Shown: one piece after another, positions 51,826 to 64,000 of the stretch
Layout: every line of letters starts with the position of its first letter
How positions within the stretch are numbered: the stretch's first letter is position 1
Source of the DNA: Camelus ferus
Lineage: Eukaryota
Direction: 5' to 3'
Length of the DNA stretch: 64,000 nucleotides
Assembly: GCF_009834535.1 (NCBI RefSeq)
Contig: NC_045697.1
Coordinates: 84,570,001-84,634,000, forward strand
Notes under the pieces: model-generated
Seen by the model: the letters and a program-made list of their open reading frames with translations, nothing else
Databases searched by the model: none
Told to the model about the DNA's origin: nothing
Program-made: the position numbers and the translations under genes

Positions 51826-54800
51826 AGCCCACACTGGCTTTAAAAAATTGTCCCCAGTACATCTTAAGTCTTTTATGAAAAATGTGGAGGGACTATTACA
51901 GTAAAACTTTTGGAAGTGGTTTATCAAAATAATATATATCTAACAACTTTCCTATAAACGTATCACCTGTGAAATGTTCTAGTTTAAAAAGAAAGTGGCA
52001 AATAACAACAAAAATCTCTCTAACATACGTGTAATTTATATTTTTCTCAACTCCTTGTCCTCCTCCTCCTCCTCATCTTTCTCTCTCTCCCATAATTTTT
52101 AACTTGTTTATCATTCTTCCACATCTCAAATTATTTTCTCAGGGCTTGTCTTATTTATTTATGTCCAAACTCACTCAGGGACATTAATCCTCTAGGGATT
52201 TGTGTCATTAGGAGCTCTTTGCTACTCTTTGCGAATAGTCTAACTTGCTTTTAAATTATCCTGGCCTAAACAGTTTCTACAATCTTCCAGACAACAGGTT
52301 TGAGGACTTTTCTGTCATCCCTCCCTTCTCTCTGTTTTTTTTCCTTGCTATGAAGGAAGAATTCCCTTATAAAAGGAGGCTCTTGGTATCAACTAGATGT
52401 CCTCCAACTGCTTCTAATATATTGATTGAGCTCTCTACTCCTCTTGAATGACTCCTTTAAGTTTACTTAAAGTAATACACAAATAAAATGTAGATTATCT
52501 TTGTCAGTGGGTTTTTTCACAAATGCTTCAATAGACTGGAGGTATGGAAATCAGCATTAAGAAACCCAGAATGTTTATTTAAAGACTTGCAGAATGTTGA
52601 GATGACATGGTATTTCCAGACTGATGTCTAATATTATAAATATACACAATGCACCTTGCTTTAGAAAACTACTGGTTTCTGTAATCCTTTACATCTCAAG
52701 AATAGAATCTGCCTATTAATTAACTTGTAGATATTTATTTAGCTCCTATTCTGTGTCTGGCATGGTCTGGGACAGAATAATTTCTTTTGGATGATTGACT
52801 AGAAGGAAGATAGTCAGAGTAAGTTGCAAAAAGGTGATTCCTTAAGTATTTGATAAATATTTTAGTTGGCTGATGTGAACTTGAGTGGGACATAAGGGAC
52901 ACAATGAGAGAGGGAACAAAACCTCTCCTAGCTGCTTAGCAGAAGCCATAAAGAATGGGGATAATGACACATGCCAGTTTATACCTAGTGATTTGATCTT
53001 GAATGCACTTTGCACTGGTGTTTTTGATCTTCATTTGCTCAGCAGGAATAAGTCTGTACGTTATATTCAAAGAGAACATAAGCATTTGGAAAATTAAATT
53101 ACTCTTTCATTGACTCTAAAAGAGTCAATCTAAGACATAACAAAATCTTATATCATATGAAAAAAAGTTTCTTAAAAGTTTATATTAGAATTTGTAGGTT
53201 ATATTAAATAGTATTATAGTAGGTTTGTCCTGGACAGATATAGAAATCCTCAATTATATGAGAGGATTCATGGTAGATACGTATAGTCAAAATAAACAAC
53301 ACATTTAAATTGACAATAAAAACTACACACAACAAAGTAAAATTTGAATGAAGAAATTTGGATTTGATATCATGGCAGCAAAAGAACACTCAAAAAGGCA
53401 AAAGCTATAAAGTGTAAAAGTAGATATGAAAAACAGACTGAATAATCAGAGAAAAAATTACTGTAAATGTTTATAGAAAGTAATTGATACCTGATGAATA
53501 TTTTCAAACAAAATTCCAATGTAGACAAAATTCTTATTTTAATTATTTATGTTTATAAACAAAATGTCAAAGCAGCCTCAGGATTAAAATAGTAGAATAA
53601 AAATGGGGACAGACAAAACATCTTATGCATGTGCAAAACATGTCTAAAACAAATTGCATTGTTTATAGGATAGTAATGATCTTTCTAACATGTGTATTAC
53701 AATATTTGCTCAGTCTTCTCGGTAATAGTCAAAACCATAACTATTGAGATAGATGCTGTTACATCTGGAAAGGCTGAAACCCGATTTACAAATATTCCAA
53801 TAGTTATATCAAAGTGTACTGCATCCCTTGCATTAAAACTTCTTCCTTATCTAGTGTAACTCTACATCTTATGGAATCAGTCACATTTGCAAATATTCAC
53901 TTGAAAAATGTATTTGAATTCAAATCAAACATACCTGACAGGTCAACAGAGACAATCTAGGTCCCTTCAATGCAAGTAGAACTTGGCAAGTTTCCAGGGT
54001 GCTTTGGTATGTTCCAAGATGTGAGCTGAGGTTGAATCCATTTTGGACAAGATTATTTTTCACATCTCCTGTTCCCTCCCCTACTTCACCAGAGATAATG
54101 TTAAATAATCTAATTTTCTACAAAATTAAATTGCTACAAAGTACCAACATTCTCAAGTTCCGGGTAAAAATTCTCTAACCTCATTTAAGCTGTTTAGTGA
54201 GAGGTTTGACATGAGTATAAAGGTGATGACAAAAAAATGTGTAAGTACATGCATCTTTTAGATTTAAGCTAAGAAGAGAAACAATACCTTGCACATTTTT
54301 AATGACATGGCCATGAAACTGGAAAGACTCTGGAAGCTATGGTGTACAATTACTTCTTAATCCATACATTGAAAATGGAATGCAGTTCTCTGCCTTCAAT
54401 TTACTCCCTCACCCACAGATCTAAGCACTAATGAGATGTTCATTTAAAAATGCATTTGTCATTGTACCATCCACAGGATCACCTCATCTGAGGGTTCAAA
54501 TGGCTCTTTCCGGCATGTAACAGAAGAGAAATAAAACCACATCAGTACATCAAATAAAGTATATGTAATCTTTCTAAAGTTCTTCTGCTAACTCCCTCAA
54601 AAAGAAATTAAATAAAAATTTTATTTAAAAGTTCTTTCTGAAAGTAGCAGACTTTTTTAAAAGATCAGATCATTCTGTTGTCACACTGACTTGAAACTAT
54701 TGACAGAGGAAGAATAAGCAAAATCTATATATGAAACTTCCTGCCTATTGACAAAAGGGGAAAAAAGGACACGAAAAAGTATGCAGAAGTCTCTTTTACA

Positions 54801-56384
54801 AAGGGAAACATGTAAAATAGCCAAACATTTTTATACAGTATTAACTTTGACAAGTGTGTATAAGAGAAAATGGAACATATCATTTTATTTAGTCAATTTA
54901 CCATTTCACAGTATGGGCTAACCCATTTGTTTATATATGCTGTTAGTATTTTTAATTTCTGTACTTAATTATTGTTTGTGCTTTTTATATGTTTGTTTTT
55001 CCTATCACTTACAATTATTTCTCCAAGTGTGAAATTTTTTTATGTTTAGTTTCATTTGTATCACTGCTTCCATCGATAAAGAGCCTGATTTTCATTATCT
55101 AGTTTTTTCCTCTCCATGTAGGAAGAAAATTACCCCATATATTAAGAGCTCTGTAGACTTAGTAAGAACAGTGTTCCTGGCAACTCTTGAGAAATAGCAG
55201 CTGAGAGATCCTGAAAGTAAATCGAGTGAAATTGAAGCACCTGTGGGTTATCTGGCATAGGTTTGCAACTGTCACATTAGCTTTTACTTTCTAAGGTAAT
55301 GGAATGGGTTACATAATGCTTTATAATTCCAAGTGGAGTACTGTTTGGTCTCCTGAAATCTAAACTTCTAAGATTGAAGACAGTGATGAAAGGCAAATGG
55401 TAGCTTGGCTGACTTCTTAGTTGTTTAGTGTGGAATATGGTGTTTTCTGATGAGAACACACTAATAAGAAACTTTTATCAAGATTGGCTCTGACTGTCAG
55501 TACACTTGGAGGATGCGAGATGAGAGATGAGAGCCCAAGCGTCACATTCAGTGATACTCAGGATTCTTTAGCGTACGTGGGATTAGAACGTTCTGGGAAG
55601 AGCAAAGTACTATTTATTTTGCTTTCAGAATTTATACAAGCAACTCTATTTGGTCTCCAGTTTTATAAATCATAGAAAACTTCAACAATTGCTATTAAAT
55701 ATGATAAAATAAAACTTAAAGCAAATAATCAGTTTTCTGAACCAGGAAATTATTATTGTTATGGCTGTTACTACTAAAATCTGAAACAGTGGAGAGTCAG
55801 TCGCTTGTGGAGGCTGAATATCTTTTCACATGGCCCATCATTAGAGTAGGAGTGGGGGTAATTATAAAACAGTGTTATGCAGGCCTAAAGACCTGCACCC
55901 TCCAAAGCAAGCATTCATTTTGGGCTGTACCTAGCCCATTTCCCAGACTCTTGAGCAGAGTCTGGCCCACAGGTCTAAAGGAAATAAATAAACACTCATT
56001 TGAAATAAATATTCATTTCAGTAGAAGCAGTGCATAACCAGGGACACATATTGTCCTATAAAAGTCCATGCAACGGCAACTTCTGCAAAGTTTTTTAAAA
56101 ACAATTAGATGAAAAGCTATAACTTTTTGCGTTTAATTCATGCCAAGTTCATACAATCTTGGGCGGCAAACATTTACATGTGTGTCACTATCCCCATCTC
56201 TCACAAACATGGCAGGTATTGCTACTCAATCTTTTTCCGAACAGCTTTTCAGACAGCCAATTCTAATAAACAAGAGTGTCCTGCAAATGTAAATCTTCTG
56301 ATTATTTCTGATCTACTGCAGTGAATTTAATGCTAAAATTGGATGGTCCTAGGATCAACTTAACATAAATTTACTTAGTATTTA

Positions 56385-56640
56385 ATTATCGAAATATTTT
56401 GTATGGTTACACGAGATCACACTGAGCCATAAAGCATGGTGTATACCCTTGGCTTTGAACTCTGTAGGAGAGACAAGACACAGACTGTCATCTTGAGGTA
56501 TTAAGTGACAATTGAGCAAATGGTCAAGAGTGTCCTATAGGAAATTTAAATGAGAGGAGAGAGCTAGAAGATGTGAAAATTTTAAGGAAACAAAGAGCAA
56601 TGGTCAGGAAACTTGGCTAAAGTAGGGAGGAATAGAGAAG
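56385..56640 (-). mobile_element. L2 3' fragment
   Basis: 'cccttggctttgaactctgtaggagagacaagaca' resembles an antisense L2 tail. Confidence 0.45.
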
Positions 56641-59600
56641 TAAGAGGGAAAGATCCAGAGTGAAGAGAATTGCTAGGAAGGGGCTCCAGGGTAAGTGATC
56701 ACTGATCCTGAAGAGCAGGTATTGCTCTCTGCTCCACTCTGCACTGTCTACTGCATCCAAGTGCCTCAGTTAGGGAGCAGGATTGTTGCAGCCACAGATG
56801 TGGCAGTGTTTCTGTAATACCTAATAATATAAGGGACGTATTTGGATTATTAGAGCTATCTGACTTTTTTTACAAATGGAGAACAAACCCATTCTTCAAT
56901 ATTAAGTTGTATAAGATTGAGGACCACTAAGGACAAAAATGTACCTTTGTAAAATATACTGTAAAATTAATTAAATATTTAATGGGTAGCCTTTGTGTGA
57001 GTGTGTCTTTTACAAATTAAACCAAATAAATATTTTCATTGTACATTTATGAGAGGAAACTAACAGTTCTCTCTGTCGTTTGTAGAAATGACTTTTGCCA
57101 TGGAACTCTTCATTAAGCTATCGTCTGATTTTTTTCCCTAGCCCATTCTACTTATGCTAGCTATACATTATACATGCTCCATCTAAAAATGTTGGATAAA
57201 CGCCTTATTTCAGTTCTGGTGATTAAATTTACTGAAAGTAACTGTGTTAACTTTTGTTAATTCTAAAGAACTAAAATTCTCTAATATTATATCCAAAAAG
57301 ACATTGATTCTGTGAGTATGCCAAAGTCAGTGTCTGTCTTTGCTGAACATAACTTTTCACAAACCCTGTTTATTGAGTGATATCTCCAATCAATCATATT
57401 TTTCCAGAAATGCACAGTGTCTAATTATATGCAACTGGATATAATCTTCTGAAGTGCTTATTTGGATAATTCCCTGTTTGAAAATAAAATTTCTCCCAAT
57501 ATAACCAAGGTTTCCCTTTTATTTAATTTGAAAATAGTTGAAAACATAAAGCACTGGATGTCCCATATTTGAACAGATTTCCTACTGGGATCTCAGAGCT
57601 TAAGTACTGTTACCAGGATTACAGATGGTCAGTCTATATGACAAAGCCGATCAAATTACTGATTTCTTAATGGACATATGGCAAAGGGGCCTGACAGAAG
57701 CTCAGTTTTCAAGTTGTGTGTGTGTGTGTATATGTGTAACTGCTGAAGAACAAAGGTCTTTTACTCTGGAAGGCAAAAATAATTGTGTTGTTGCCTAGGC
57801 CATATTTATCAGTACAATACTGAAGAATAACTCTTAAGTTTTGGAATTATGCATGAAAATAATACTTTATCAAACCAAAACAAAACAAAAACATTGTAAG
57901 GCTCTTGTTTTATACCTAAACTGTAGTCTAAGTTTTCTATAAAAAAACAAAAATAAAGCAATGGTGAGCACTTGAAATAGCTGAAGGATCATTCTGTTGG
58001 TAAGAAAATTTGGAATTTAATATTAATGTTTAATGCTTTGAAAATGGAAAAATTGTATTCTTTATTAATGATAGCTAATTTGAAATAAAAATAATAATTT
58101 TAATTTATAAGAATACTCTGTTTTATAATCTCCTGTTTTCTATTTGTCTTTTTAAAAACATACAATTCTTTATTCAACTTGAACTCATCTCTTCTGAGAA
58201 ATGAATGAAAGAGTTTCAAAGAATTGTTAGTTGCAGAGCAGCCCTTGAATTAGTTGTGCTCCTTTGCTGTATCTGTGCAGGACTCAATTGTTTCATTAGC
58301 TTCCGGAGCCAGTTGAGCTTCTAGAAAGCCTCAACTGTTTTCTGTTAAAACTATTTTGAAAATAAAAATACTTTGTTATCTGACAAATCTCAATCATTTA
58401 TCATGAGAACAGTGAGAGATAAGGGACTTTTTTCCCTCTGTTCCTTCTGACCTAAGGTACAGTAAGTAAGCAAAACAAATTTCCAGTCTAATTTTTGGTG
58501 GAACTTGTCCCAGCATACAAGATATTTTGAGAAGGAAATGAATTGGCTCTTGCCTGGAGGCTGGATGTGGGTAAACTATCTATCTCCTCTGGAGATGGAA
58601 GACAGCCACGCACTTGGCAGGGAGAGCTCAGTCAACTGACAGAGCAGGCAACTGACAGAGCAGAAGTGCATCTGGTGCATTATTAAGTATCGAGATGACA
58701 AAGGGAGGTCATAATTAAGCTTGTACTTAACAGCTCATTGCTTTGAGTAATAAAAACTATGACTTTCTGAAAGCACCCTCCTGTCTTTTTTCTCATGTCC
58801 TCACAGAGAAATTTAATGATGTCAAGAGTTGTCATCACCAGGAAAATTTATCAGCCCTCTCCTTAATTAAAACCTTTCCTCTAGTCTTCACATTAACATT
58901 TTTATGTTTTCCATCTTTAAAAATTACTTCAATTGCTCTTTGGAGACAAATCACTATCTAAATCCCCGAATACAAATAAATAAGTGAGCCTAATTACATA
59001 TTGTAAGGCAGTTACTTCATTTATGTATAGCTGTTCACAAGGAGCAAGAAAATTATTAGAGAAACTGCATATGAATACTGCATTTTGATAGATAAAAACA
59101 CTAAAATGAGTTATGCAGTGAAATGACATGGTATGCTGTAAAATCTGTATTACATGTGTCATCAAATATCTTTGCATAAAGATTGAGTTGTTTCTGTTAG
59201 AGGTGAAAGAAGAAAAAGGAGCGTACTTAGATAATTAGAAATAATATTTTCACGAAGCTAATGTGTCCTAATTTATTTTTAAAAAGTGAGATTTGCATCA
59301 AGGTTAAATAATGAAGATTCGAATTCCACATTCAAGGAAAATAAGTTGTATAACTTTGATTAAGTAAGAAATCAACACACATTAAAAAAAACAGTAGCTG
59401 TCAGAGGGTGATTTTAATATGGCAATTAGTCCCTGACCAAGTGCACAGTCAAAAACTGTGAGTTCTGTGAATTTACTGTATGTAAATTTCTCATGAGTTT
59501 TCAGGGAAGAGTTTTTGATCTATGTATACTATAGATGACCAGGCATTGGACAACAGACATATCAGGGCTGTGGACCTCACATTTCTGAACAATCCAGTAG

Positions 59601-60187
59601 GCAAACAAATCCAGTGTTTAATATGGTTGTTTTTGCTATTATTATTACTGTCTTGTTGTTATTACTGTTTAGTTGAAACTCCAGTTAAGCTGCTCTTTCT
59701 GTAGTCAGGTAATTAATTTGCTGTGGAACAGTGCCAATCGAGTGAGCATGTGTTGCAGAAGACTGAATAGAGTCTTCTCCCCTGCTTATTTCTAGTCCTC
59801 AAACATGGAGAGCAGGTGTTGGGAAGAGCACTAGTTTCACTTGCTGAGTGTCTGTATCTTCTACCAAGGGTCAAAAGAGCTGTAAGAGAAATGCATTTGC
59901 CTGGACATGGAGGTGAAAATATTCTCTATCATTTACACTTCTCATTTTTCCCTTCCTTTTTATTTTTTAAAAATAATCCCCACCATTGTTGAAAAATTTG
60001 CTAGTAGGTAAAGAATACCCAAAAGACCCCTACAAATCTGTAAGGGGGGATTTTTTAATTTAAGTATAATGGACTTGTATGAACATGTGAGTGAGAAGGT
60101 GGAATCTAGACTATTCTCCCACCTCACATGGATTATATCCGCTCCCTCTTGCTTTCCACTGCATATGTTTTGCTTATGGATATGAAT

Positions 60188-60420
60188 CAGTTTAAGAGCA
60201 AGGATTTTGGAAAAGTTCTGGGTTTAAATACTGGCTTCTATCCTTATAGGTCATGTGACTCTGGACAGGTCAGTTATACTTTCTGGGCTTTAGTTACCTC
60301 ATGTGTAAAAATATAGGGTCATGATAATGCCTACTTCAGAGGCATATTGAGATGAGTAAATGAGATAATGCATGTAAGGAATTTAGTGTGTCAGGCATAT
60401 ATTAACTCTTAATAAGTGAT
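60188..60420 (+). mobile_element. MIR SINE
   Basis: 'ctgggtttaaatactggcttc...tgtgactctggacagg...ttagttacctcatgtgtaaaaat...aaatgagataatgcatgtaagg'. Confidence 0.88.
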
Positions 60421-61239
60421 ATTTATAGTGCTTGGACAGCATGAAAAGAATTTCCCATTACCAAGGAAAGGAAAATTATTTTTTACAAAGTCATTCATTC
60501 TGCCAATTAACTGTTTATGAAAAAGATAAAATATAATAATGGATCCTCAAGGATGGTAGGAAATGAACTTCTTTGGGGGCACTTATATTTTGTGTCAGAA
60601 GAGAACAGAATTGTCAGCAACCTGGTCAAATATATAGCTAAAGGAACAGCTTTGGGGGCACACTGTGGCCACCCCTGATATTTTAGAAATTTAACTCCCA
60701 TTAAGCTTGTGGCATGGTCTTTGATCTACCATAAAAGTTTAAGGCTGTCCTGTGAGCCAGGTTAAGAGAACTGAGCTCACGCTTCTTCTTCGTTGGGATT
60801 GAGCTCTTGATGGCTTGGCTTTTAGGGCTAGGATGGACCACTTGAGTTTTTCAGAGATGCCCTGGGGCACCTTGCTGAAGGATATTATTTGGTAGCTGTC
60901 CCCATTAGCATAACACATCCCAAAGTGAGTCATTTTATTCCACTATTTTTCCAAAGCCAAATCTAGCTAATTGCTGACTGACTAAAGCTGACTGCCTCTT
61001 CAAGCCTGCCAAATTTACCTGCTTTGTTCTTTCATCCCTGACCTCCTTTTGTCCCACCTCTTCTACCTTTCTGCTCCTGGCCTGTAAGACTGCACTAGGT
61101 CTCCTGGCCTGAGCATTGGGTTTGATCCTCTCTGTCGTAGCTTTTGCCTAAACGTGTAAAGATTCTGACATAAAGTTCAAGTGCCACAAAAGATAGCTCA
61201 TTTCCTGCTCACCTGCCCTAATGATGATCCAATATTATA

Positions 61240-63275
61240 CTTCATCTTGCTCTGTCTCTCTCTCATACCTTGACAATCTTCCTCCTCTCGTACCTGGCAC
61301 AGGTTTAACCTTTCTTAAACTGCCACCTTACCAATTGCGCACCTAGAACAGACTTGCTCGATGAGGCTGGGACAAATACACAATCACAACTGTCTATTCA
61401 TGATACACAATTTATAATTACAAGGCAAAGACATTAAATTTGTGACAACAAATCTCAAAGGAACACTGAAGCCCAGCAATCCAGTAACATTTTCTTTGTC
61501 AAATATCATCTTTCTCCCCAAACATCCAAATCCTATCCACTTTTCTTACTCTCATCTGTTGACTTTATTTCATAAATAAAATAGAAGAAAACATAAGAAA
61601 ACCACCTTATGTTTTCACTGCCAAATTTACCAACTTACCTAATATACATAGTCCACTATTTCTTCTGGTCTTCACAGAGGACAGAGGCCAGCCTTTAAAT
61701 TTGTGCAGCTTATCACCTCACATTCCACCATTCAAGAATTTTTCTCCTGTAGTTATTTTCTCTTCTGCATCATCAGTTTTTCTTTATTATATCATTTCCA
61801 CCAGCATACAAATATCTCCCATATTTTAGTAGAAGTCCTTCTCAACACTACATTCCCTCTCAGCTATCACTGAAATGGGTTGCCTCCTTATAATGATATT
61901 TCTTATAACAGTTTTCTATGCTCACTGTCCTCACTTTTTCGATTCCATTCTCTTCTAATCCAGCTCCAGTGAGTTTTGACTCATCTCTGCACTGAATCTG
62001 ATCTTGTCAAAGATTTCCATATAGCCAGCCCAGTTCTCAGTCCTCATCTAACGTGATTTCTCAGGAGCTCTTGATGCATTTGCCCACTCCTTTTTGGGAC
62101 TACTTTCTTACTTCACACCCAGGACAGCAGAATTTTCTAGGTTTTCTCCCCTTTTCCGTGGATATTCTGTTTCAATTTCTTCTTCATCTTGTCAGTTTCC
62201 ACTTTTGGGAATGCTTCAGAATGCTGTCCTCAACTGTCTGCTCTTCTCTATTTATGCTTTCTTCCAAGGTTGTTCTAATTTTTTTTAGATAGTAGGTGTA
62301 CAAGTTTTATTGTATATTTTTCTTTTTCTTTTTTTTGTAGAATTATTACAGTTCGACTGCACATATGCATTCTATTGCATGTAAATACATATATACAGTA
62401 TACTGCACAATTTTTTAGTTTACATATATGTACTAATTATTATTTCTAAGAACAGATTAGATCTTTAGCTTTTTAAACTTACATAGTTATCAAAGGAATT
62501 TTTTGACTCTCAACTGGATGTTTTTCTTTTTGGTCTCTGAACTCCAAACTCAACTGCCTCAACATATCTATTTGACTGCATAATTATATAAAATTAAAAT
62601 CCCCCCCAAAAGCTCTTACTTTTGTCTCCTCTCATATGAACTTTTACTGCAAGTTTTTACAGCCTCTGAATATCATCTTCATTTTTTCTGGTTGCTCAAG
62701 CAAAATACCTTGAGTTTTCCTTATTTCTCTCTTTCTCATACCCCACATTGAGTTAATTAGAAAATCCTGGTAACTTGATATTCAACATGTCTTGTGTATG
62801 ATTACTTCTCATCATCTACTCAGCTACTTCACTGGTTCAATTCATAATTATTACTTACCTGGACTGTCTATTTCCCCACTTCTACTCTTGGCCTTTTTGC
62901 ACTCTGTTCTCCACATAACAGTCAGGGTGATCTTATTGAAAAATAAATTGCCTCATGTCACTCTCCTGCTTAAATTTTATCTTATAAAATAAGAATACAA
63001 TTCTAATTTCTTACCATGGTAAATGGGGCCCTCCCTACATGATCTAGTCATTACTTCTTTAATAAATTTACTTTCTACTCCCTTCTCTTCTTGTTTCTTT
63101 GCTTTATCCATATCAAATTTCTTGCTTCCCCCCATCAAAAAAAAAAAAGCTTGTTTCTATTTTAGAGATTTGTATTTGCTATTCTTTCTGCTTAGGATTT
63201 ACTTTGCCTAGATCTTCACATGGAATACCATCAATACCATTCTCTCATTCTTTAAATCTGTATTTAAATGTTGTG
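61240..63275 (+). mobile_element. Long L2 remnant (ORF2 3' half), interrupted near 62279-62500
   Basis: Colinear L2 motifs 'tcatttccaccagcatacaaa', 'ttctcagtcctcatct', 'ctgaactccaaactca', 'cagggtgatcttattgaaaaataaattgcctcatgtcactctcctgcttaaa'. Confidence 0.85.
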
Positions 63276-63501
63276 GTCATTTTTAAAAGTAGAAGTATGT
63301 GATCTATTTAGGGTCAGTATGTTTCATCTCCCTCAAATATATTTTTTAAAATTCTTTGCCATTTAAAAAAATACAATGATTAAGTGTCAACACTTCCACA
63401 TAAAGGATCTTTCCACTGTGAAGTTCTGAATTTATGACTATGTCATTTTCCAGTTTTCAAAAAATAAGCAAGAATATCTTAAACATTTCAGGCAATTGAT
63501 T

Positions 63502-64000
63502 GGGTTCAAGATGGTAGTGTAGGAAGATCTTGAACTCACCTCCTCCCGAAGATACAGCAAATCTACAGTTGCATATGAAACAGCTCCCTCTGAAAAGGAC
63601 TCAAGAACTAGCTGAACAGCTACTTCATAACAAAGGATAAAAAAGTCACATCAACATAGGTAGAAGAAGAAGAGATGCAGTCTCACCAAAAATCCTACCC
63701 CTGGCATGGAGACCCACAAATAGGAGGAATCTCACAATTACAGAAATTCTTCTGGAAGAGTGAGAGATTATTCTCCACATGAGGTACCCCAGCCCTCCAC
63801 ACCTGTACCACAGAAACAAACTTTCAAAACATCTGGCTTTGAAAACCAACGAGGCTTACATCCTGAGGAGCCATAGGGCTGTAGGGACTAGAGATTCTGC
63901 TCCTAAGGGTCTCACAGGCAGATTCACTTACCCGGGATTCAGTTTAAGAGCATCAGTTTTTAAAGAGCCCAGACCATATGTGGAGGAGATTCATTTGCTA
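63502..64000 (+). mobile_element. L1 5'UTR (laurasiatherian type), runs off the window
   Basis: Starts 'ggttcaagatggtagtgtaggaagatcttgaactcacctcctccc...aatctacag' with a decayed YY1-type CAAGATGG; 'aaaacatctggctttgaaaacca'. Confidence 0.8.

Noticed and set aside
53109..53129. Hairpin ATTGACTCT-AAA-AGAGTCAAT
   Set aside because: An isolated 9-bp stem is expected by chance and is too short for a pre-miRNA.
55383..55450. C/D snoRNA-like arrangement (GTGATGA, CTGA at 55409 and 55447; ATGGTAGCTT could pair with a 28S segment as I recall it)
   Set aside because: No terminal stem, no clear C' box, and the last CTGA sits in a competing hairpin. An Rfam/snoscan search would be needed to revive it.
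1..64000. CRISPR array, operon, prophage, horizontally acquired gene, tRNA/rRNA, NUMT or CpG-island promoter
   Set aside because: No repeat-spacer array (direct repeats occur only as pairs), no long ORF, no compositional outlier and no recognisable structural RNA; the sequence is ordinary mammalian non-coding DNA.

Overview
Eukaryotic (mammalian) non-coding DNA: AT-rich, strongly CpG-depleted, with no CpG island, no supportable protein-coding exon and no RNA gene. Much of the window is decayed transposable elements: L1 of several ages, HAL1, L2, MIR, MaLR LTRs (MLT1 family), and the DNA-transposon MITEs MER81, MER119 and MER2. The young L1 3' ends look cetartiodactyl. I saw no ruminant Bov-tA/BovB, pig PRE-1 or primate Alu, so a camelid source is my best inference. 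The listed ORFs are L1 ORF2 fragments or chance ORFs. I found no evidence of a new biological system. The best-supported observations are retrotransposition footprints: a twin-primed 5'-inverted L1 with an exact 13-bp TSD, two candidate 3' transductions/chimeras, a candidate retroposed mRNA 3' end inside an L2, ultra-short L1 insertions and a multi-layer TE nest. Some repeat-poor stretches are candidate regulatory DNA. Family names are from recalled consensus sequences, not a database search, and old-element boundaries are approximate (tens of bp).
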